Positions 57,180-64,000 of a stretch of 64,000 nt of DNA are shown in pieces. The notes beneath the pieces are model-generated. The model ran no database searches, had not been told where the DNA came from, and was given only the letters and a program-made list of their open reading frames with translations. A program made the position numbers and the translations under genes. How positions within the stretch are numbered: position 1 is the first letter of the stretch; the number at the start of each line of letters is the position of its first letter. This DNA is from a virus (Duplodnaviria > Heunggongvirae > Uroviricota > Caudoviricetes). Location of the stretch: IMG/VR virus record IMGVR_UViG_2703718777_000015; one strand, 5' to 3'.

Positions 57180-57631
57180 CCTCTCACTCCATTATTTAAC
57201 GAATAAAAAAGCTGCGGTGCCGGGTGCCTCCCGGTATCCTTTGGCTGGTTATCTACCGTGGACGGGGAAACAAGGAGAAATAATGGACAGATATAACCAT
57301 TTCCCCGCGTGCGCTTAGCCGCATTCACCGCAACGGAAAGAGCATTCTTGGTGGACCTGTAGATTGGGATATGACCCCGTTACGCCAATGTTCTCAACGT
57401 TGTAGTGCCGGTTACGGTTCCGGCCAGGCCTCTTCCTCAACGTGGTGTTCTCCATACGGACTACCGTTTATTGGTCGTTCCTGCGGTTTATGTTGTGAAG
57501 CCAGATGCTTATCTTCTGGTTGCTTCAAAGAGCTGCACTTCCTCACAACGGTAAGGGTACTTCGTAGGGATTCGAACCCTCTGCCAAGCTCGGCGATCTC
57601 CGACGTCGCAAAATACCCTTACCTGTTGTGC

Positions 57632-57706
57632 TGGTGCCGATTAACGGACTCGAACCGCTGACATCCTGCTTACAAGGCAGGCGCTCTACCAACTGAGCTA
57701 AACCGG
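57632..57706 (-). tRNA. tRNA-Thr (anticodon UGU)
   Basis: Cloverleaf with GCTCAGTTGGTAGAGC D-arm, CTTGTAA anticodon loop, GGTTCGAGTCC T-arm, encoded CCA; approximate. Confidence 0.7.
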
Positions 57707-57708
57707 CA

Positions 57709-57784
57709 TTGGCGATGGTGGATGGATTTGAACCATCGACCCGTTGATTAACAGTCAACCGCTCTAACCGCTGAGCTACACCAT
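57709..57784 (-). tRNA. tRNA-Asn (anticodon GUU)
   Basis: Cloverleaf with CTGTTAA anticodon loop, GGTTCAAATCC T-arm, encoded CCA; approximate. Confidence 0.7.
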
Positions 57785-58439
57785 CACTTGCCGGGTACGT
57801 CTCCGGCGAGGGCTTCCACCTCCGTATGCTTTTCGGCGCACCGCGCCCTGGCTGCAATTCGGTAACAGGGGATGCATAACCCTGGCTTCCAGCGTGATTA
57901 GCGCTTTCAGCATGACGGGATATACCCGTAAATTCGTGGAACTGTACCCAAAGTGCTGTTAAGCACCGCTGTTACGCTGAAAAGAAGACGCAACAGGAAA
58001 GGACGCTGACCAACAGATGGCCCCTTCTCGTTCATCTGGTTAATCACACCAGCGCCCTTACCTGTTGTGCCTCCCCGTTCCCTAATACACAGACGGGGAC
58101 ACTCTGCGGTCGATTTTTTGACGGGGGGCGACTCATACCCCGTGGCGTCTGGCTTCTTAGGCCGCTACCATCATCAGATCATCGTTTGCATTTACTTTAA
58201 TGGTCAGTTTCTAAACCGCCGCAAAGTCGCTAACCATGACGAAAACCCTGAAAAAAACGCCCACCCGAAGATGGGCAAACTGGAAGCTCGTAACGCACTT
58301 CGGAGTTGCCACTTAGGCGCATGGTCAACCTGGCAACTCGGTGGTTTGTCTGGGAGGACTAGGCCCAGCCATGCTTACCGCCGCGCCTGTCGCGGCTAAC
58401 AGCTAAATCGCTTTATAAATCACGATTCATTGAGGCGAT

Positions 58440-58467
58440 ATTACACTAATAAATTTATTAGGGCAAT
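58440..58467. promoter_or_regulatory. Palindromic double C1 operator (ATTACACTAATAAATTTATTAGGGCAAT)
   Basis: Two overlapping inverted operator half-matches at head of the tRNA-plp-ban transcription unit; approximate. Confidence 0.5.
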
Positions 58468-60476
58468 ATAGCTAAAACGTCATGAGCTACACCTCGAGTG
58501 TCCCCCTTACAAGACACAGAACGTCTGGCAAAAAGAGGTTCCACTCTGAAGCCACTGTCATGATAAAGCTCTCTGATATTTGGCGCGCCACTGTTAGTAA
58601 TGAGAACCTTTGCACCTCGGCGATGAGCATCCGTCAACAGAGACACCAGGCGTTTTTGCTCTTCAAACTTAAAGTCATGACCGGAATAGTTCGTGAACCC
58701 CTCTGTATTGGGGAGCGGTTCATACGGCGGATCGCAAAAGATGACATCTCCTTCTCCGGCAGCTTCAATCACCGCTGAAAAATCACCACATACAAACTCA
58801 GACCGCCCTTCCGCACCGAGGAAGGCTTCCATCTCCTGCAATGGGAAATACGGAGTTTTATACTTCCCATAACCGACATTGAACTCACCGGCCTGGTTGT
58901 AACGCGTCAATCCGTTAAAACAATGTCGGTTCAGGAACAAAAACGCCGCTGCGCGATGTAAATCATCATAGACTTGTTTGTTAAACGCATTCCGTACTGC
59001 CAGGTATCCTTCCTGTGTGTTGTAGTCCTGGAAGAAACGATGTGCCAGAGTGATAAGTGAATGCGCCTCGCGTTGCAGAGTCTTGTAAAAGTTAATCAGG
59101 TCAGCATTCACATCATTTAGCAGATTTTCATGGTATCCGGCATTCATGAAGACAGCTCCGCCACCAACGAAAGGTTCAATCAGGCGCTTCCCTTCTGGCA
59201 AATAGCGAAAGATTTGTTCCAGAACACCAAATTTTCCACCAGCCCATTTGAATATGGACCGTTCGAATTCTGCCGCTGGTTTAACTTTTCGCTCTTTTGT
59301 TTCACTTCCTTCTTTCTGCCGACATACGGCCTTAGTAATCCGATCGCCAATCCAGCGCATTACTGGTATTGCCATACTATTGCCGATCGCTTTGTAACGC
59401 GGTCCGTCAGCTGCAAGCATCGCGGCCTCTTCTTCGCTTAAATCTGGATAGTGATTGCGAAGATATGCCAGTTCATCTGAATTAACTTTTTTACGCTTTT
59501 CCGTCGGGATCAACGTATGCCCATCAGGAAAACCTTGCAGCCTTTCACATTCGACAGGGGTAAGACGGCGCATTCTACCGTCACCGAGCAATACAATTGG
59601 GGCTTCATGGTTACATGTCAAAGTTGGTGCCGAATTATCTGTTTTTATCTCAGCCCCTCCTTGCCCATGTGCCATGGCAATTATGTTTGAATCATCGCAA
59701 GATCTGATAGCGATGTTTGAAGTATATCGGGTAGTTTCCTTCCCCTCGCCTCTGCTCGGCGCAATATCCCGGCGCACGCTTTCGAACTCAAAAAGTACCG
59801 TTGCGGGATCGAGGTCTGTTCGAGCACTTGCGACAACAAACACGCGTCGGCGTCGTTGTGCCACTCCGAAGTATTGGGCATCAAGGATTCTCCAGGCCAC
59901 CTTTCGCTGCGGTCCATAAATACAACCACACTGCGGCCACTTTGGAGCATGGCAACCGGTTTTGACATCCCACCGCCAGAACGCGTTACTTTTTCCTGAT
60001 TCAGGTCGATTACCAAGTTCGAATGGCGCATCTTCTCCAGCCAATCCGGCAAGGAAACATCCGAACGCGTTATCTGCTGATGACAGGACTCCTGGGACAT
60101 TTTCCCAGACGATAACGGCTGGTTTGAGAAATGACTCAGCCCGTTTGTCGTCAATTGCATTTGCAAGCTCCACATACTTTAAAGTTAGCGCGCCGCGTTC
60201 ATCATCAAGCCCACCACGTAAGCCCGCGATACTGAATGCCTGACAAGGCGTACCCCCGACGAGCACATCAGGGGATTCGATTTCCCCAGCCAGGACTTTT
60301 TTGGCAAGTTTTGTCATGTCGCCAAGGTTGGCGACATGGGGCCAGCGGTGCGCAAGAACGGCAGATGGAAAAGGCTCGATTTCAGCAAACCACGCCGGAC
60401 GCATACCCAACGGTTCCCAGGCAATACTCGCGGCTTCAATTCCACTGCAAACAGATCCATAGCACAGCTCTTTCAC
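58458..60476 (-). CDS. dmt: Dmt, fused C5-cytosine / N6-adenine DNA methyltransferase
   Basis: 672-aa ORF; N-terminal C5-MTase motifs ([14 protein letters not shown]) and C-terminal Dam-like motifs (FKWAGGK, DPPY). Confidence 0.85.
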   Translation of the reverse strand: MKELCYGSVCSGIEAASIAWEPLGMRPAWFAEIEPFPSAVLAHRWPHVANLGDMTKLAKKVLAGEIESPDVLVGGTPCQAFSIAGLRGGLDDERGALTLKYVELANAIDDKRAESFLKPAVIVWENVPGVLSSADNAFGCFLAGLAGEDAPFELGNRPESGKSNAFWRWDVKTGCHAPKWPQCGCIYGPQRKVAWRILDAQYFGVAQRRRRVFVVASARTDLDPATVLFEFESVRRDIAPSRGEGKETTRYTSNIAIRSCDDSNIIAMAHGQGGAEIKTDNSAPTLTCNHEAPIVLLGDGRMRRLTPVECERLQGFPDGHTLIPTEKRKKVNSDELAYLRNHYPDLSEEEAAMLAADGPRYKAIGNSMAIPVMRWIGDRITKAVCRQKEGSETKERKVKPAAEFERSIFKWAGGKFGVLEQIFRYLPEGKRLIEPFVGGGAVFMNAGYHENLLNDVNADLINFYKTLQREAHSLITLAHRFFQDYNTQEGYLAVRNAFNKQVYDDLHRAAAFLFLNRHCFNGLTRYNQAGEFNVGYGKYKTPYFPLQEMEAFLGAEGRSEFVCGDFSAVIEAAGEGDVIFCDPPYEPLPNTEGFTNYSGHDFKFEEQKRLVSLLTDAHRRGAKVLITNSGAPNIRELYHDSGFRVEPLFARRSVSCKGDTRGVAHDVLAILP

Positions 60477-61378
60477 TGCTTAGCCTCTCCACCAAGGGCA
60501 TTTACCAGAGCATCAACCAGGCACGAAATTTCACTGGTCAACAGGAAGAAATCTGCGTCCAGTCGCTGCGCAACATCTTCACTATCAATATCAGAGTTCT
60601 GCTCAAGCAATTCATCCGCAAATTTGACGCTGGTAAGGCTGAAGTTATGGTCCAGTGTAAATTTAATGCGGTTCTGCCAGTCGAGTGCCAACTTAGTGAC
60701 GAGCTTGCCAGCTTCCAGGTGTGTGGAAATTTCATCGCTTCCCAAATCCTGCTTTTTCACTCGGGCAATACCGCCATCCTCAAGCACTGCCTTAAGTTCT
60801 GCCGCATCCCCCATTTGAAATCCCTGTGGAGCACTACCATCACGTACCCAGTCGGTCAGCGTTAATTCAATGGGATTTTCAACACTTAGGGGAACAACAG
60901 GAAGAGAACCCAGAGATTTACGCATAAGCGCGAGCATATCCTCTGCCTGCCGCGTGCTGGCATTGATATAGATACGTTTAGTTGAACCGTCGTAGATCGC
61001 CTGGATAACAGAAAACTTTGAAAAAGCCCGTGGCAGAAGAGAATGCAGAACTTCGTCTTTCAGGGAGTCCTTCTCTGTTTTCTTCAGTTTACGCGCTTGT
61101 TCTTGCTCAAGTTTTTCAATTTTTTCTTGAATAGCTCGCTGGATAACCGGCGGGGGAAGAATTTTTGTTTCGCGCTTTGCTTCAACAAGGATAAAACCAT
61201 TTCCATGCATAGCGATAACTTCGGAATTATCACCAAATGGAGATACAAAACCGAACTTGGCCATATCCTGACTACCGCATGGCGTGAAAAGGATCATTTT
61301 CTTTTTATCTTCTAAGTCGGTCAGATCCGCCTCACGAGAAAGTTTATAAATAGTAATGTTTTTCCAGTGCTTAAACAT
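60473..61378 (-). CDS. hrdC: HrdC, RdgC-like recombination-associated protein
   Basis: Track ORF 60473..61492; start at internal Met gives about 301 aa closely resembling E. coli RdgC ([38 protein letters not shown]). Confidence 0.8.
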   Translation of the reverse strand: MFKHWKNITIYKLSREADLTDLEDKKKMILFTPCGSQDMAKFGFVSPFGDNSEVIAMHGNGFILVEAKRETKILPPPVIQRAIQEKIEKLEQEQARKLKKTEKDSLKDEVLHSLLPRAFSKFSVIQAIYDGSTKRIYINASTRQAEDMLALMRKSLGSLPVVPLSVENPIELTLTDWVRDGSAPQGFQMGDAAELKAVLEDGGIARVKKQDLGSDEISTHLEAGKLVTKLALDWQNRIKFTLDHNFSLTSVKFADELLEQNSDIDSEDVAQRLDADFFLLTSEISCLVDALVNALGGEAKQ

Positions 61379-61727
61379 GTTGTAACCCTTGAATATCAAC
61401 CACAGAAAGCTCGTCTTTGTAGAAAAAGGCCAGGTTGTGGCACCCCCTCGTTTGAGCGTATGAGCTGGGACCAATTTCGTTCTTCCAGACAAATGGCTTC
61501 AAATCCGTACGGCGAAGCATAAAAACGCGATTTGTTCCGCTCTGATTCCCAATGAGGCAAAAGCCTTCTTTCACCTTGATAGCCTGCAAGTTGTCGAGTT
61601 CACCGCTGGTTACACGGCTATCGAACTCCTTGCGGCTTATTAGCTCCATCTGCATCTGACGACTCCAAACAAATGCCCATTGAAGGGCGATGGCTGAATG
61701 GTACCGAAAACACGACATAAAAAACAA
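61371..61727 (-). CDS. Hypothetical protein upstream of hrdC
   Basis: 118-aa ORF with C1 operator just upstream. Confidence 0.35.
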   Translation of the reverse strand: MFFMSCFRYHSAIALQWAFVWSRQMQMELISRKEFDSRVTSGELDNLQAIKVKEGFCLIGNQSGTNRVFMLRRTDLKPFVWKNEIGPSSYAQTRGCHNLAFFYKDELSVVDIQGLQHV

Positions 61728-61741
61728 TATTTATTAGAGCA
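61725..61741 (-). promoter_or_regulatory. C1 operator (ATTGCTCTAATAAATAT)
   Basis: Near-consensus operator upstream of minus-strand operon ending in dmt; approximate. Confidence 0.5.
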
Positions 61742-61824
61742 ATTTTGCAATAAGTAAACGCCATACAGACCACAAATAAACTAAGTTAAAATAACGAAAA
61801 TCAGAGCAAATCATTGGTGATGAC

Positions 61825-62109
61825 GTGGCAAGTATTGCAACAAAAGACAGCATTTGTTCGGGGCACGGAGGATTCCCATCCAGGCCTCCCGTAGAGAGCG
61901 AACCACTACTTAAAGTCAACGGAGTCGAAGTGTTAGTTGATGGTAAGCAATATGCACAGCATACCGATGGGAACAGCACGCACGGCGGGCAAGCTATATC
62001 AACCAGGGCATGGTTTACCGTCAACAGGAAAGGGATCGTATGCGTTGGTGATCCTGTTTCATGCGGCTCTACCGTTGCAGCCGGAGACGGCCTGGTTCAG
62101 GTAAGTTAG
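61825..62109 (+). CDS. PAAR-like spike-tip protein (tentative)
   Basis: 94-aa ORF with CSGHGGFP and STHGG motifs reminiscent of PAAR repeats. Confidence 0.4.
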   Translation: MASIATKDSICSGHGGFPSRPPVESEPLLKVNGVEVLVDGKQYAQHTDGNSTHGGQAISTRAWFTVNRKGIVCVGDPVSCGSTVAAGDGLVQVS

Positions 62110-62117
62110 GAGATATC

Positions 62118-62906
62118 ATGCTGGAAAAAGACTACCAGTTATCCGCATATAAAAAATTGGCCGCCGCCGGTGGGATGAAAACACCTGGTGCCATAACATC
62201 GGCACGAAACAGTGCTAACACAGCAAAACTGTTTGCAGAAGAATTGACCGGATTAATTCTGGATACAATTGTCTATCCCGACACTATTACCAGCTATGTT
62301 TCAACGATCAGAACAACCGCAACCGGTTTAACGAATATTGGAGGGCTGGCAACTCAGCACGCGGACCTGTTGGCTGGTTATGCTGATCTGTCAATGCTCC
62401 TTCAACTCGATATTGGTTGGGATGTTTACTGTCGTGCTAATGAGCGAGAAGTTTCAGAACTGCCGATCTCTATTGCCATTGGTGATGTGACTATTACTAA
62501 ATCGCTTGAGGACGCTGTAAACGCGCTTAATACATCAAGTTTAGTCGCTGCTATGGGGGAGATTAACCAGACCCTTAACACTGGCTCAGGAAGCTCGTCA
62601 GGCTCTGGTTCAGGCGGCGGCACTGCCACTCCCCCACCAGCACTAACAGAAGAGCAAATTGAATCTCTGAAAGTAGCAACTGAACAGTTTGGGGTTGTTT
62701 TCAACCAGACAACAGCACCCACAACTGCGTTACAACAGCAGTATGAACGAGCGAATGAAAGCGCCAACGTAGCCATAACTGCTTATAACCATGCTATCGG
62801 TACCGCGCTTGCGGAAGCATCAGCAAATAAGGCCAGCACAGCCAGCGCAGTCGCCGCTTTGGTTCCTGATTCTGTTCTTGATGAATTAAACAAAGCGGCA
62901 CGGTAA
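62118..62906 (+). CDS. Hypothetical protein with Gly/Ser-rich linker
   Basis: Track ORF 62061..62906; probable start at MLEKDYQ. Confidence 0.4.
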   Translation: MLEKDYQLSAYKKLAAAGGMKTPGAITSARNSANTAKLFAEELTGLILDTIVYPDTITSYVSTIRTTATGLTNIGGLATQHADLLAGYADLSMLLQLDIGWDVYCRANEREVSELPISIAIGDVTITKSLEDAVNALNTSSLVAAMGEINQTLNTGSGSSSGSGSGGGTATPPPALTEEQIESLKVATEQFGVVFNQTTAPTTALQQQYERANESANVAITAYNHAIGTALAEASANKASTASAVAALVPDSVLDELNKAAR

Positions 62907-62945
62907 CAAAGGACTTCATTGATAATTTTTCTTCAGGAGGAAGAC

Positions 62946-63368
62946 ATGTCATTCTTTTCTACGTTAAAAACAGCTTTGTCTTTGAAGGAGAAACTTGCTG
63001 CTACTGGTGTTCTTGTTCTGATTTGCGCACTTGTTGGTGCTGGGTTTGCGTGGGAACGTCATCAGCTAAAGCAAGCCATGGAGAAAATTGGCAGTCTTGA
63101 TCAGGCTGTTAAGGAACGTGATAAGTCAATAATGGATCTTAACCAGACCATTGAGACGATGAACAAAGCAGAGCAACATTTTCACAGCCAGGAAGTGAAA
63201 AATGAATCAGAACAAGCCAAGTATGCTGACAGGCAAATGGAACGAAAAGCTGAAGTTCAGAAACAACTTGTTGCGGCGGGTAATGTTCGCCAGCGTATTC
63301 CTGCTGACACTCAGCGGTTGCTCCGGGAGTCGATCAGCGAATTTAACGCCGACGCCGACAAAGGTTAA
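62946..63368 (+). CDS. Putative i-spanin (Rz-like): TM anchor plus periplasmic coiled coil
   Basis: Track ORF 62919..63368; N-terminal TM helix then coiled coil; overlapped out-of-frame by lipoprotein ORF. Confidence 0.5.
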   Translation: MSFFSTLKTALSLKEKLAATGVLVLICALVGAGFAWERHQLKQAMEKIGSLDQAVKERDKSIMDLNQTIETMNKAEQHFHSQEVKNESEQAKYADRQMERKAEVQKQLVAAGNVRQRIPADTQRLLRESISEFNADADKG

Positions 63369-63534
63369 CCACCCTGCCCCAAAAAGTGCATTTATGTGCA
63401 GGATGCCAGAGTTTAGCAGTGAATATTTTGATGATCTGCCAGCGTATATCCTCGATACAGAAACGATGCTGATGGGGATTAACAGGAAGAATCGCAACGT
63501 TAATGATTACAACCGCGCTATCAGCGGTAACTAA
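63283..63534 (+). CDS. Putative o-spanin (Rz1-like outer-membrane lipoprotein)
   Basis: Track ORF 63202..63534; internal start MFASVFLLTLSGC gives lipobox; overlaps 3' end of i-spanin gene. Confidence 0.5.
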   Translation: MFASVFLLTLSGCSGSRSANLTPTPTKVNHPAPKSAFMCRMPEFSSEYFDDLPAYILDTETMLMGINRKNRNVNDYNRAISGN

Positions 63535-63545
63535 AAGGGATTTTT

Positions 63546-63938
63546 ATGTCTGATAAAGTAACAGTAAAGCAAACTATCAACAAAGCGACTTCAATCTACA
63601 AAATTGAGCACATCACTGTTGGCAAGCCAGGATCTGAACAATACCGTCATGCTTTCGAGCTTGCCGATCAGCTTGGTTTAAAACACCCGGATTGCATCGA
63701 GCATGTATTTCCGACCTATGCTGATGAGCAATGTACTCATGTTCTTACCGAAGAGGATTTTTTCAGCACTGAAGAACGAGAAGGCGTTGATCGTTGCATT
63801 GGTGTGATTTGCTCTTCAGTGAGTTATGAGTTATTCCCTAATGTCCATGAAAATGGTGGTATTGGATACCAATTTCTGTACGAAGGCGATGAGCTTAAAT
63901 GTTATGAACATGGTCTTCTTATCGAGAGCGTAGAATAA
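63546..63938 (+). CDS. Hypothetical protein
   Basis: 130-aa ORF. Confidence 0.4.
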   Translation: MSDKVTVKQTINKATSIYKIEHITVGKPGSEQYRHAFELADQLGLKHPDCIEHVFPTYADEQCTHVLTEEDFFSTEEREGVDRCIGVICSSVSYELFPNVHENGGIGYQFLYEGDELKCYEHGLLIESVE

Positions 63939-64000
63939 TACGGCTTCCTTCCAACCGGCTTTATTGGCCGGTTTATTCAACTTATCCACAGCATAGATCC

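Noticed and set aside
57544-57630. Fourth functional tRNA gene
   Set aside because: Contains a T-arm-like motif but no D-arm or anticodon arm that I can fold; reported only as a tRNA-like element.

Overview
This 64-kb window is a contiguous segment of a P1-like temperate phage / plasmid-prophage genome, in reverse orientation relative to the usual P1 map. Gene order is read from the ORF track and from my recollection of the P1 gene map; no database search was run. In order it contains: cin invertase and a cix site, lysis-determinant genes, the darA antirestriction operon, ssb, lyz, head genes pro/prt, darB-ulx-lxc, the ref-cra-cre-loxP module, the coi/c1 immunity region, pacB/pacA terminase with an internal pac site, lpa, the phd-doc addiction module, humD with a LexA box, hot, about 20 late/accessory genes, six baseplate/tail genes, the C1-controlled ban operon with three tRNA genes, dmt, hrdC and a spanin pair. 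The main candidate for a new system sits where P1 carries the EcoP1I type III res/mod genes (between ref/mat and lxc/darB). There is no restriction-modification system here; instead a low-GC gene encodes a 434-aa SIR2_2-family (sirtuin-like, predicted NAD-consuming) protein with an uncharacterised C-terminal domain, which I cannot assign to a named defence system. A second unusual module is a two-gene operon beside ssb whose 364-aa product is a paralogue of the PacB terminase ATPase domain with Walker A lysine and Walker B acidic residues substituted. No CRISPR array, IS element or integrase was seen. Coordinates of CDSs come from the ORF track; coordinates of sites I located by hand are approximate (a few bp).
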